From assembly GCA_021849805.1 (NCBI GenBank), contig JAJZSL010000002.1:81229-145228 (forward strand): a stretch of DNA of 64,000 nt. The letters run 5' to 3'. Origin of the DNA: a bacterium (GTDB taxonomy: Bacteria > Verrucomicrobiota > Verrucomicrobiia > Chthoniobacterales > UBA6821). Shown here one piece after another: positions 11,648-22,100 of this stretch (positions within the stretch are counted from its first letter, which is position 1; every line of letters starts with the position of its first letter). The position numbers and the translations under genes are program-made. Under the pieces are notes generated by a model. The model saw nothing but the letters and a program-made list of their open reading frames with translations. It was not told the DNA's origin and searched no databases.

Positions 11648-14347
11648 TTATTGCAGCCACTGTTTTTTTGCTATTTTGGGAATCAATGATGATTCTGAGA
11701 AAGGAGGTTTCTTCTCTTCTTGATTGGGTAGCAGTAGGATAGAGGCTTCAAGGAGGGCAGTAGCACTTCTTTCTCCTTGAGCATTAAGAGTCTCTCCCAA
11801 AATGTAGACGCGGAAAGCTCGTGATTGGAGTGTGCAAAGAGAAATGAATTTTCCAAAGCCTTCTTCGCGTGCTCGATCAAAAACAGCTGCTAGAGGCTTT
11901 CCTCCAATAAGTACATTGGTGGAGAGAGAAGGTGTGTAGGTAGTAGCATTAGCAAGCAGGGGAGTCATGATTGATAGATCGGAGAGTTTTTCATAAGGGC
12001 GTTGTTTTTGAAGGTATGCTGCTAGCTCTTGAGCTGTGGTTAAGGAGATGCTGGAGTTGGTGAAGCGTTGGTCAGAAGTAGGAGTAATTTGATAAAAAAG
12101 GGAAGTGAGTACTTGAGTGGAAGCTGTATTCACATTGATGAGTCCTTGACGCCAAAGAGAAGAAGATGCAGAAGTTTGTTCATCTCGGGCGATGGCTGCT
12201 GATCGATTATTAGTCGTAGCGACTGTAAAAAGGTCGATAAGGTCAATAGCTCTTTTTCCTGGAGTGTCCCAGTAAGGGAATTCTGGTTGTCCTACACGCA
12301 GTGTTCGTCCCCCTCCTGAAGCATAGATGCTAGCCCTATTCTCGCTGGAACCAGCAGCTGGAGCAGCTCCTAGATCGTCAGCTTGGGCAGGATCATTGAT
12401 GTTACCAAGCTCGACAATCGAATTCATTGGCCCATGCCGTAAGAAGAGTGGAGCTGTCTTTGAATCTCGCCATGGTTCATAGGGAGAGATAACTTCATCA
12501 GGAGTCATGGAACGAGAGAGTGGTTTATTACCTGGAGTAGGGTTCAGTGGAACAAAATCTCGCTCTTTCCAGGATTTGTAAGGATCAAAGAGCCGTTCTT
12601 CACTCGCTACCTGCATGGCCCCTTTCCAGCATGTTTCATTGAGATAACTTTTTTCGCTGGAATAGGACTTCCAAAGATAGTTGCTCAAATAGTTTTCTCG
12701 AGGATCTCCTACAAAGCGAAAGTGTCCCGTATGATCTTCTTGAGTGGGAATAAAATTACACTGCCAAAAATTGAAGTGATCTTCCAGTGATTGAGCATCG
12801 TGTTCAAGTCCTCCCAGTGCCGACCCTGGACCAACTGGAGGAGAACGACTCATCATGACCAAGTGATCATTCCAGTAAAAATGAAAGGACTGATGCTCGC
12901 TAGGATGAGCATTTCCTTCTGGTCCGCTAAGCCAATAGGGATGCTCGGAGGGTAAAATAGGTTGTGAAGAGTTCCATACTTGGATCACCGAGGGGAAGCG
13001 AAGAACGATCGACTCGTTGGGACGTAGAGGTAGTAATGTGGAGGCTTCTTCAACATAGTCCTTGAATGCTCCTAAGGTTGTTTGGCCAGCGTGGAGTATT
13101 TGACGATTTTTTATCTCCAGTGTTGCTCTACCACCAGCTGGAATCATTGTTGTGTAAGGATTCCAGAGTTGAAGAAAATATTGATTTTCAATGGTTATAC
13201 TATTGCTTGTTTGTTCTAGGAGGCGACAGCGTTCTGCTGTTTGAGTAACCAGTGGTGTTAAAGCAGCTCCTGCAGGCTCCCCTCCGTTCACCAAAATAGG
13301 TTCTGCTTCTGGAGAAATATAATTGACAATACAGGCAGCAAGACGATTGAGGTAGCGACGTTCTTCTGCAGCTCCCAGATTTCTAAGACTAGGATCCCGT
13401 TCTTTAAAATGAGGGAAAGAGTGATCGATGAGCATGGCAAGATGCAGAGCGCGATCGGAGGGAGTTTGTCCATAGAGTCGGTTGGTCGCTAGATCATTGA
13501 GGTCATATTTGAAACGGCCAGCCTCAGGGAGCCCTTCTGGAATCAAGTCTGGTAGGGAGGTCGAAACTGTTGTTAGAAATTCTTTTTTTTCATCATAAGC
13601 AGCTCGATTTTCAAAAAGAGCTCGCCATCCCTCCAGACTAAGAAAAGAAGTAGAGAGATGTTCTACTTTTTCTTCTTCGAGCTTGTTAAGTAGTAGGGAA
13701 GAGGAAAGTGAAGCAGAGCCATGATCCCAATTAATGGGGTCATCTCTTGGTTCTCCTCGATGGAAGAGGGGATGAAGGCGTGCCTCTTCATCAAGCATCA
13801 CATAGGCATAGCGTGCTATCGGATGACCGTGTTGATCTTTCAGGAAAACCCAAGGAGCAAGGTATTTTCCATGTGCAGCAAGGAAGTGATAATTTTCATT
13901 AAGGTCAACATATTGGCTCTTATCTGCTGAAAAAAGAGGTTGAAGGTAAGAGTCAAAACGATTGTTCTCCAAGATAGATTCATCCTTGAGAAGCGTGAGG
14001 TTGCCTGAGACAAGAGGAATGAGTTCTTCTTTTTTTCTTAAGCCATGACTCCCTACCACTAGGATAGGAGCAGACTCTGGGATGGAGAGAACATTGGTTA
14101 TTCCAACTAAAAAGTTGGGATGGTTGCTTGTTGCAAGAGCAAGGTGCTCTCTAGCGGCGTAAAGCCCTGATTCTGCTGCAAGCATCGCTTGATACCTCTG
14201 AAGATCGTATAGGCTCTTTTTTCTCCTGAACTGAACTTCTTGAGCTAGTGTGAAGAGTAGGAGGCTAGAGAATCCTAGAACAATAAGAACCATCAAGAGA
14301 GCAGATCCACAGGAGGTGTATGTAGAAACTGATGTTCTTGATTTCAA
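11648..14347 (-). CDS. Giant GspK-like minor pseudopilin (899 aa)
   Basis: The N-terminus GSALLMVLIVLGFSSLLLFTL is a prepilin-like hydrophobic helix lacking Glu+5, as in GspK. The C-terminal region has the GspK helix-hairpin-helix signatures GLINVNTASTQVLTSLF and LTTAQELAAYLQKQRPYEKLSDL. There is a 4-nt overlap with the upstream pseudopilin gene. Confidence 0.65.
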   Translation of the reverse strand: MKSRTSVSTYTSCGSALLMVLIVLGFSSLLLFTLAQEVQFRRKKSLYDLQRYQAMLAAESGLYAAREHLALATSNHPNFLVGITNVLSIPESAPILVVGSHGLRKKEELIPLVSGNLTLLKDESILENNRFDSYLQPLFSADKSQYVDLNENYHFLAAHGKYLAPWVFLKDQHGHPIARYAYVMLDEEARLHPLFHRGEPRDDPINWDHGSASLSSSLLLNKLEEEKVEHLSTSFLSLEGWRALFENRAAYDEKKEFLTTVSTSLPDLIPEGLPEAGRFKYDLNDLATNRLYGQTPSDRALHLAMLIDHSFPHFKERDPSLRNLGAAEERRYLNRLAACIVNYISPEAEPILVNGGEPAGAALTPLVTQTAERCRLLEQTSNSITIENQYFLQLWNPYTTMIPAGGRATLEIKNRQILHAGQTTLGAFKDYVEEASTLLPLRPNESIVLRFPSVIQVWNSSQPILPSEHPYWLSGPEGNAHPSEHQSFHFYWNDHLVMMSRSPPVGPGSALGGLEHDAQSLEDHFNFWQCNFIPTQEDHTGHFRFVGDPRENYLSNYLWKSYSSEKSYLNETCWKGAMQVASEERLFDPYKSWKERDFVPLNPTPGNKPLSRSMTPDEVISPYEPWRDSKTAPLFLRHGPMNSIVELGNINDPAQADDLGAAPAAGSSENRASIYASGGGRTLRVGQPEFPYWDTPGKRAIDLIDLFTVATTNNRSAAIARDEQTSASSSLWRQGLINVNTASTQVLTSLFYQITPTSDQRFTNSSISLTTAQELAAYLQKQRPYEKLSDLSIMTPLLANATTYTPSLSTNVLIGGKPLAAVFDRAREEGFGKFISLCTLQSRAFRVYILGETLNAQGERSATALLEASILLLPNQEEKKPPFSESSLIPKIAKKQWLQ

Positions 14348-15069
14348 GGTTTCGGGGGAAGAGCAATTGTTGTAGAGAACATGTTGGTTGCTACTATTTT
14401 TTTAGAGAAAGAAGCAGGAGATGGATGCTGGAGTGCTATGTTGATTTCAAGAAGCGAGGGGGATTGCTCATAAGATCCTTCAGAAGAAGAGGAGACCTGA
14501 GTCCATGCTCCATCGATGAGCCAAACGGGATGGATCTTCCACTCCAAAATAGAGGACGCCATGGGAGGAGAAGCAGTGATCTCCTTCAGAGAGATGCTGG
14601 AGAAGAGCATGGTGATATTTTCGTGCTCAAGGGCAGTGCGTGTTTCTTGAGCATTAGCTAAGAAGCGGTAACAAGTAGCAGAAGAAGCATTTTGCTCCTC
14701 TTGTATCAAAAAGTATCCTACAGCACGTAAATCCTCTTCTGAGTTGAGAGAAGAGAGTGTTAAGAAAATAAGATTTTTTCTGCAACGAGGATCAACGGTT
14801 GGTAGATTGATAAAGAAACTACGCTCTAGCATGACGGAGGAGTGTAGATCATGCGTGATTTGCTCAAGCAGAGAGGAGAGCTGAGAGGTCTTTTTCTCTT
14901 CGTCTGCCTGCTGTTGCCACTTTTTCCAAAGACTACTACTGAAACTAAGAAAAAGAGTGATAATGGAAGCAAGGAGCACCATTGAACAAAGTAGCTCTAG
15001 CAGAGAGAAAGCTCTTTGATGTATGGAGATCTTAGAGCGTGGAAGTATTGCTAGGAAAAGTGCGGCCAT
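14344..15069 (-). CDS. Prepilin-type N-terminal domain protein (GspJ-position minor pseudopilin)
   Basis: The N-terminus is HQRAFSLLELLCSMVLLASIITLFL (class III signal peptide with Glu+5). It is translationally coupled to the GspK-like gene. Confidence 0.65.
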   Translation of the reverse strand: MAALFLAILPRSKISIHQRAFSLLELLCSMVLLASIITLFLSFSSSLWKKWQQQADEEKKTSQLSSLLEQITHDLHSSVMLERSFFINLPTVDPRCRKNLIFLTLSSLNSEEDLRAVGYFLIQEEQNASSATCYRFLANAQETRTALEHENITMLFSSISLKEITASPPMASSILEWKIHPVWLIDGAWTQVSSSSEGSYEQSPSLLEINIALQHPSPASFSKKIVATNMFSTTIALPPKP

Positions 15070-15173
15070 ACAACATTGTCTCTTTTCATGATGGATGAAG
15101 ACGAGGGAGCTTCCCTAGAACGTTCGTGAGAAAAGATGAAGATGATCATTGTTTTTTAGTCGATCCTTGTTAC

Positions 15174-15692
15174 CTAAAATTCACTTGGTAGTAGGAGAGA
15201 AAGAGTCACGTGGTCTCTCTCTTTTTCTGGCTTTTTTGCTGGAGAGCTAACATCAATGAAAATCTGACTCAATCCTAATACAGGAGAGGGGCTAGTGGAG
15301 ATTTTAACAATGCTTTTTATTGGGACCTTTCTTAAGGATGCTTCTCTCCCTCCTTGCTGATATTCTCGCTGCTCTAGGAGACCAGCGGGTTCTCCCATCT
15401 TAGTATAAGCAAGATAATATTCATTAGGAATTTTTAGATCCAGAGTGATCGAGTCAACAGCAAGGTTTTTCCACTGAGGACCGATAGCTATTTTGCTCTC
15501 CGGGGAGGAAGCTTGAAGTATTTCTGCAATGCTTTTGGCAAGATATAGTTCACTTTCATGGCGCTCTCTGCTCTCAGCGATTCGTAGAACTGTTTTCCAG
15601 AGATGAAGAATCGTTACCATTGCCAAGGTGACAAGGATGATGGTGATGGAAACCTCCAGTAGAGAAAATGCAGAAGAAGGTGCATGCTTCAT
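15174..15692 (-). CDS. Prepilin-type N-terminal domain protein (GspH/I-like minor pseudopilin)
   Basis: The N-terminus is MKHAPSSAFSLLEVSITIILVTLAMVTIL. It is 172 aa and is the first gene of the three-gene pseudopilin operon. Confidence 0.65.
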   Translation of the reverse strand: MKHAPSSAFSLLEVSITIILVTLAMVTILHLWKTVLRIAESRERHESELYLAKSIAEILQASSPESKIAIGPQWKNLAVDSITLDLKIPNEYYLAYTKMGEPAGLLEQREYQQGGREASLRKVPIKSIVKISTSPSPVLGLSQIFIDVSSPAKKPEKERDHVTLSLLLPSEF

Positions 15693-15873
15693 GAGGAGGA
15701 GCTATTTGGTGTAGAGCATTGAAAAATTTCTAGTGCCGTGCATGGCATCGTCGCTCTGGTGTTCACCTCCTCGAGTGTTTCTATAGAGATGCCAGTTGCT
15801 ATTTCCCTCGCTTCTTGCACTGCATGACAATAATTTTTCACATGCGCTAGGATGGTTATCGTTTTATTTAAAT

Positions 15874-15901
15874 TGCTCTAGGGTTGATGCTCTAGGGTCG
15901 A
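15874..15901. repeat. Two tandem 14-bp copies (tgctctagggttga / tgctctagggtcga)
   Basis: Read directly. There is one mismatch between the copies. It lies in the 249-bp gap between the hrpB stop and the pseudopilin operon start. Confidence 0.8.
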
Positions 15902-15941
15902 TTCTTGAAAATTGGAACATGGAGAGAAGAGTCCTCAAACG

Positions 15942-18485
15942 CTATTTCCAGCGATGTTTCGGGTAGCGAGGAGCAAGTTCTATCTTGATTTTGGGATAAG
16001 TTTCCCTCCAAAAAGAATTTAAATCATCAGTAATTTGGAGAAGACGCTTATTAGGGGCTAAAATTTCAAAAGTGATGGCAACTCTCCCATCAGCTAGTCG
16101 AGGAGTATTCAGAAGTCCGAAAAGGTCTTGGATGGTTGCACGCAGTGTGACCTTGCCACTGCTCTGATAGTGAAGAAGAGTGCTACGGCCTGAGGGAAGC
16201 TGATAACTGGCAGGAGCTAATTGTTCGAAAGCACGCTCTTGTGCTGGAGTGAAGAGTCGCTTGAGAAGAGGTAAGAGAGGGCGGTCTTTCACCTCTCGAT
16301 AAGCAGTCGCTCCTGCACACCATAACTCCAAAATATTCTGGTGATGCTCCTCACTCCAACGTGGCCACTGCCATTGAGGATAAAAATGAGATAGCCATCC
16401 TAGACGTTCCAACCAAGGATCTAGGTGCGCTTCCCAACTGGGTAGTGGAAGATTATTCTCCAAGAGAGCCAGAGCAAGAGTTCGACTTGCTTCTAGAGAA
16501 GGAGTAGCTTCTCGACAAATAGACTCAATGACTAAATCCCGATAAATTTTCTCTTCCTTCCAGAAGAGACGATGGAGTGTTGTGTCAAAAAACAAGAGGC
16601 GCTTCTCCTCAACATCATTGGGAAAGAGTTCCCGCAATATTTTTTCATCGAGAGCAGAAGCTAGAGAGAATTGAGTACGAAGATCTCCAGACTCTTCACC
16701 AATTTCAGTAATCTGGGCAGCAACAAAGAGTCGGCTTGCTGCTGCAGCACTGTTTTTTATGAGGAGCCCGCGACGTCCATGAACCATATCAGCAAGGTTT
16801 GTTCCCATATTTCTTCTCCGTGCGACTTGATCTGCAAAACCGAGAAGAAGAGACTTGATGAGCCCTTCATCAGAAGTAGAACTACTCTCAAGAGAAAGAC
16901 CCTGAGTCTTTGCTAAGGAGCAGAGTTGTTCAAAAATTTGGTTTGTTTCCCTTGCTGCAGGAGCATGGATAGCATATTGGCGACACGCTTCTGCTCTAAA
17001 TCCATGGCGCTTAGCCCAGCTAAAAACACCAAAGAGGACTAAGAAATCTGAATCACCTCCTTCAAAGAGATCTCTTCGTTTCTCTTCTGTTCTACGATCT
17101 GTGCGCAGTAGCAGTGGACGTGATTGAGTCAAGGCTGCCATGAGGGCCACTTGTCGTACACAGCCAAATTGCTCTGCAGCAAGGAGCATGCGTGCATAAC
17201 GGGGATGCACTGGAAAAGAGAGCATCTCTCTTCCTAAGGAAGTTATTTTTCCATCATGGTCAAGAGCTCCTAGATCATGGAGCAGCTGTGTTGATTGTTG
17301 GATGGCATCTTCTTGAGGTCGATCAAGCCAAGGGATGGTTTCTCTCTGAGAAAAATCCATGGCTTTGAGTATTAGTAAGACTTCAGATAGGTCGACTCGC
17401 TGGATTTCTGGTGTTTGGCGGAGGGGGCGACGCATTTGTTCTCGCTCGCTCCAGAGTCGAAGACAATAACCAGGAGCCGTTCTTCCAGCTCGCCCAGCAC
17501 GCTGGTCGGCAGAAGCACGGCTGATTTTTTCAATCAAGAGAGTATTCATCCTCCGACGTGAATCAAAACGTGCTATGCGAGCTAGTCCCGAATCAATCAC
17601 CCCTTCAACGCCATCAATAGTCAATGATGTCTCCGCTACATTCGTAGCAACGATAATTTTCCTTCCTTCACTTTTACTCAAAGCAGCATCCTGCTCCTCT
17701 GTTGAGAGTTCTCCGTGTAAGGGAAGAATGGTGATGGAGGAGGGAAGTTGAGCTCGTAGGGTAGTGATTGTTCTTGAGATTTCATAGGCTCCTGGCATGA
17801 AGACGAGTAAATGACCGCTCGTGCACCGGAGTGCTTTTTCAACTCCTTGAGTAGCAAGATCCCAAATTTTTTCTTCTTCTCTGCATTTTTCTAGGTACTC
17901 GATGGTGACGGGATGACTTCGAGTGGAGGAGCGCAAGAGTTCACATGGCTCTAAGTAGTCTGCTAAAGCCGATGTCTCCAAGGTTGCCGACATGATCACG
18001 ATCTTCAAATCAGGGCGACTGGTTTGCTGAACTTCTAAGGCTTGCATAAGACTAATGTCACTGTAGAGATGACGTTCGTGAAATTCATCAAAGAGCAGAG
18101 CTCCTACTCCTTGGAGGGAAGGGTTGGTGAGGATTTGACGCAAGAGGATTCCCTCGGTAACAAAAAGAAGCCGTGTTGATGCTCCGCACCGTGTATCGTG
18201 ACGGATACAATAGCCAACTTCTTCCCCCAAGGAGCTCTGGCGCTCGTGAGCAACACGAGCTGCTAGAAGGCGAGCTGCTAGACGTCGTGGCTGCAAAATC
18301 ATGATTTTACCGGAGCCCAGAAGATCACTCTCTAAGAGCATTTGTGGAACTTTTGTGGACTTGCCACAACCAGTAGGAGCTTCGATGATCAAGCGATTGC
18401 TCTGCTGCAGCGCTCGAAAGATATCCTCTCGCAATGCCTCTATGGGAAGATTGCTGTAGCCAGGGGGAGGAGAAGAAATGGACAT
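15942..18485 (-). CDS. hrpB: ATP-dependent DEAH-box RNA helicase HrpB
   Basis: 847 aa. Walker A is APTGCGKST, the DEAH box is DEFHERH, and motif VI is QRAGRAGR. The long C-terminal extension is typical of HrpB. Confidence 0.85.
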   Translation of the reverse strand: MSISSPPPGYSNLPIEALREDIFRALQQSNRLIIEAPTGCGKSTKVPQMLLESDLLGSGKIMILQPRRLAARLLAARVAHERQSSLGEEVGYCIRHDTRCGASTRLLFVTEGILLRQILTNPSLQGVGALLFDEFHERHLYSDISLMQALEVQQTSRPDLKIVIMSATLETSALADYLEPCELLRSSTRSHPVTIEYLEKCREEEKIWDLATQGVEKALRCTSGHLLVFMPGAYEISRTITTLRAQLPSSITILPLHGELSTEEQDAALSKSEGRKIIVATNVAETSLTIDGVEGVIDSGLARIARFDSRRRMNTLLIEKISRASADQRAGRAGRTAPGYCLRLWSEREQMRRPLRQTPEIQRVDLSEVLLILKAMDFSQRETIPWLDRPQEDAIQQSTQLLHDLGALDHDGKITSLGREMLSFPVHPRYARMLLAAEQFGCVRQVALMAALTQSRPLLLRTDRRTEEKRRDLFEGGDSDFLVLFGVFSWAKRHGFRAEACRQYAIHAPAARETNQIFEQLCSLAKTQGLSLESSSTSDEGLIKSLLLGFADQVARRRNMGTNLADMVHGRRGLLIKNSAAAASRLFVAAQITEIGEESGDLRTQFSLASALDEKILRELFPNDVEEKRLLFFDTTLHRLFWKEEKIYRDLVIESICREATPSLEASRTLALALLENNLPLPSWEAHLDPWLERLGWLSHFYPQWQWPRWSEEHHQNILELWCAGATAYREVKDRPLLPLLKRLFTPAQERAFEQLAPASYQLPSGRSTLLHYQSSGKVTLRATIQDLFGLLNTPRLADGRVAITFEILAPNKRLLQITDDLNSFWRETYPKIKIELAPRYPKHRWK

Positions 18486-18572
18486 CAGGAATGCTAGTGC
18501 AGAGGTCGACTATTGGAATGAAAAGAATGTTTTCAAAAGTATGATCAAAAACTCAACGAGCCATCTCAAATA

Positions 18573-19121
18573 CTACTTCCACCAAACTCCCTCCGAGGGA
18601 AGAGGAAGAGCATACTTCGGATTGAAGATTGGTGGGTCTCCCCAGGTTTTGGTGTAGGGGGGATTATCTTTTATGTTTACTAAATCAGTAGCATCTAGTT
18701 GTCCGAAATTAATTACGTTTTTATCTATCAATTTAATAAAACAATAATTAGAGGAACTAGCTAATGGTGCATACTCTTCCAAAAATTGGTCAATTTCTAT
18801 TGTTTGTCCTACTTGAGCTATACCTATAATAAATCCATCAGAATATTTAGTTTTAATATATTTCTGATCGACTTTATTAGGAAGTCCAAAGGCATTTCCT
18901 AGGTATAAATGTGTAGACTTACGAAAAGTATATATATACAAATCCTGCTGCAGTACAAATTTTTTGCCGATTGCTTCTGAGTAAGGCTCCTGGTGGCTGA
19001 GGTCCACGGTTCTATGGCAAGAGGAGAAGAAGAGACAAGTAGTGTAGAGAGTGAAGAAGAAAAGGAGTCTTCGACTCAGGGAGAACTTTTCTTCAGAAAG
19101 CTGGTCGAATGGAAGGAGCAT
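18573..19121 (-). CDS. Putative lipoprotein, candidate immunity protein for the Rhs C-terminal toxin (track ORF extends to a TTG at 19181)
   Basis: It lies immediately downstream of the Rhs gene and overlaps it (29 nt from the ATG at 19121). The signal sequence has a lipobox-like end: SRRLLFFFTLYTTCLFFSSC. Sampled lines are about 25-30% GC against about 40-42% in the flanks. Confidence 0.45.
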   Translation of the reverse strand: MLLPFDQLSEEKFSLSRRLLFFFTLYTTCLFFSSCHRTVDLSHQEPYSEAIGKKFVLQQDLYIYTFRKSTHLYLGNAFGLPNKVDQKYIKTKYSDGFIIGIAQVGQTIEIDQFLEEYAPLASSSNYCFIKLIDKNVINFGQLDATDLVNIKDNPPYTKTWGDPPIFNPKYALPLPSEGVWWK

Positions 19122-22100
19122 AATAATTTTTAAAATTGTGTGCTTGAAAAGGATGTTTCCAATCAAAAGCAGGGCCTTCAATCAGTTCATAAGCCTTGTT
19201 CCTATTGCTCAGATTGAAGGAGGGAATGGGATCGGAGGGGACTCGATAGTTGATTGAGGAATGCAAGCCGTAGCGATTTTGGTCAATGAAGACCTGCCCT
19301 CCTAAGGCTTGAACATCCATTCTTGATTTGACATCGTCATGAACAAAAGGGAGTGCTCCAAGAAGAAGAGAGCTCCCATTGCTGTAGGAGACAACATGAA
19401 TCTTCCCAGCAGCACTAGCATTGAACGTATCTGCGGCTCGCAGAGAGGTGAGATCGGTGATTCCTAGGTTTTGGCCAGCAGCTCTGATGAGATCAAAGAA
19501 TATTCCATGAGTTGGGTTAGGGATCGGAGTTACTTGATCTACGTGAAGATGATTAGAAACATTTTGGGACATTTCTTTTGACATAGCATCATTCATATTC
19601 ACTCCATTAATACTATAATTAACTGCCTCGGAAGAGGAGGTGATGGAAGTATCGCCGAGGTTTTGATCTAAGAGACTGAGGCCAAGGCCACGGAGGATAC
19701 TCATTCCTAGGGAGGGGTCGGATTGTTCGCGTGCTTTTTCAATCATGTAGCCAGCATTTTGATATTCTGTCTCATCGAGATACCCTCTGCTATGAGCACT
19801 CTCCACACACCTTCCATCAGGGTCGATCCCATTGACCGGATCACCATGACAATAATCATAGAGATTCAAACTTGCGGCATGTCCCAGAGGATCTGGAGAG
19901 AGGAATCTCCCACTCTTCGGTTCGTAATACCGAGTTCCCAAGTAGTAGAAGCCACTCCAATCCAGGTAGCGATCTCTCCATTGAGCAACCAGATCAGTAT
20001 TGAGAGAAGAGCCAGGCATGGCTCCATAGCCTCCAAGAACATTGCCCCAAGGATAGAGACCAGCATCGGTCGTGATTGCTAAGGAGTCTCCAAAGTAGTT
20101 ATTGATAACTCCATGGAGGTTCTGGCCATTTTCTTCATAGGTGGCCTCTAAGCCGCCGATGCCTTCTGCTCCACCGTAGAAGCCAGAGCGATCTGGTCCA
20201 TAGAGATTCCAAATGGTCTCTAGTCTGCTTGAGGGAGATATTGCAGAGGGCCAGCTGGAGAAGCTTTCATGAACGTAGGAGTGCCCTAGCTCGAGAAATT
20301 CAATTTCTGGATCATAGTAGTAGCGTAGCTTTAAGGGAGTGGAGGTTTCACTATTGCCACTAGCATCTGCATACCTAGTTTCAATACGTCTTCCCAGTCC
20401 ATCATAGCTTGTGGACCAATTGTAGCCTTGATCTTTAGCATTCCGCTGAGAGATTCTTACTAATCTTCCAAAGCTATCCCAGCTGAGTGATTGCGTTGTA
20501 AAATTTTCACTATGGCGCACTGTCACTTCTCCAAGACCATCGTAGTCCATGCTCCATGGATAATTGTACCAGTCGCTTGAGTAGTCGATATCCAAGGTAG
20601 GTTGATGAAAACTGTTTTCAGATTTTACGATATATCCACTAGAGCCTGTCAATGTTTTTCCACTAGGGCTTATGGAAGAGGAGTCTCGAATTCCTAAATT
20701 GTCAAATGAGTAGCCAGCGGTGTGTGTTCCAGCGGCAAGGAGGCTCGGATTGGCTGATTCCAGCAAGGTATATGGCTCTTCAATAAGATTTCCTCGACCA
20801 TCATATTTGTAGTTGCGTGTTTCATTGTCGATACCTGCGATACTATAACTAGCTATTTTTTTACCTTCTCTCCAAGAGAGACTTTCTACTGATCCATCGG
20901 GAAGCTTTGTGTGGATAATATTTCCATAGTTATCACGAGTTAGCGTTGTGTTACCTGCTGGCGTTTGCTTCCAGAGAAGAAGTCCATGATCTCCGTAGCC
21001 ATAAGAGCAAGTACTTCCTCGCGCTTGAGAACCAGCTTGGAGGTTGTTCATTTGGGCACCAGTCATCATTCCCAGCGCATTGTAGGAAAAATGATAAGCT
21101 GGTCCAGAAGCTCTTCCTGCTTCTCCTGGAGCTGCTAGTTTCCAGTTCAGTCCTATCCGCCTTCCAGAGTCATCCCATGTCTGCTCCCAGGAGGAAATGA
21201 TATTTCCATTAAGTGATGTAGCTTCACTACTGAGATCGCCTTGAGCACTATAGGTTCTAGAAACTAGTGTGGAAGGGCCTGTAGAAGGATCACTATAGCT
21301 TTGAGCTACGGAGGTGAGTAATCCTCGTGGATCATAAGTATAGCATGTATTTTGATTTTGCTCTGGGACTTTGGAGCCATTGGAGGTGATGGTGAGGGGG
21401 TGACCCCAGGCATCGTAGGTGAAGGAGGTGCTAAAACCGCGAGGATCCTTGATGTTACTCAGTAAGCCATCTTGGTACTCATAGGTATGATGGCGAGTTA
21501 TCGAGCCATCACTTCCAAGGAGAGCATCAGCAATTTTCTGACCTGCTTGGTCATATTCATTTTCCTCAATGAGTCCCTCGGGCATGATTCGTTTGAGGAT
21601 TTCACCAGCAGCATTGCGTTCGTAGTGTACTTGAGCATTATCACTGGAATCCGTGAAGGGGAGCATTTCAGTTTCAAGTTGATTCAAAGAATTGTAGCTA
21701 AAAGAGCGCTGGATTCCATTATCATCTCGATACCAGAGAAGTTGACCACCTGGTAGGTAGGAAAAGAGTGTGCAACTTGTCGGATGCGTTATGATGAGTG
21801 GTCTTCCTTGGAGATCGCTTGTGGTTGTTGTCGTGATGGCATTGATTCCACTTCCCATCGTTTTGCTCACACTTTGATGGTCCCCGGAGTAGACCTTGCT
21901 CTCCTCATAAGCCACACTCCCATCAGCGTTAAAGAGAGTTGTTAGAACCGAACGTCCGATCCCATCAATAAAATCATTTTGCCATTCTCCTTGTTCATTC
22001 ACCCAGCTTGTGCAGCCCGGTTTGTAGAAGTAGTTCTTTCCTCGAAGGGGACCATGTTCACTTTTGAGACGCCCTAATCCATCGTACGTATCATTCCAAG

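Noticed and set aside
14332-14661. A 109-aa plus-strand ORF antisense to the pseudopilin genes, and similar antisense ORFs at 62352..62627 and 63220..63402.
   Set aside because: They are fully embedded in better-supported genes on the opposite strand and have no recognisable domains.
15874-15901. A possible CRISPR-like or minisatellite array.
   Set aside because: There are only two adjacent 14-bp copies with no spacers. It is reported only as a possible regulatory direct repeat.
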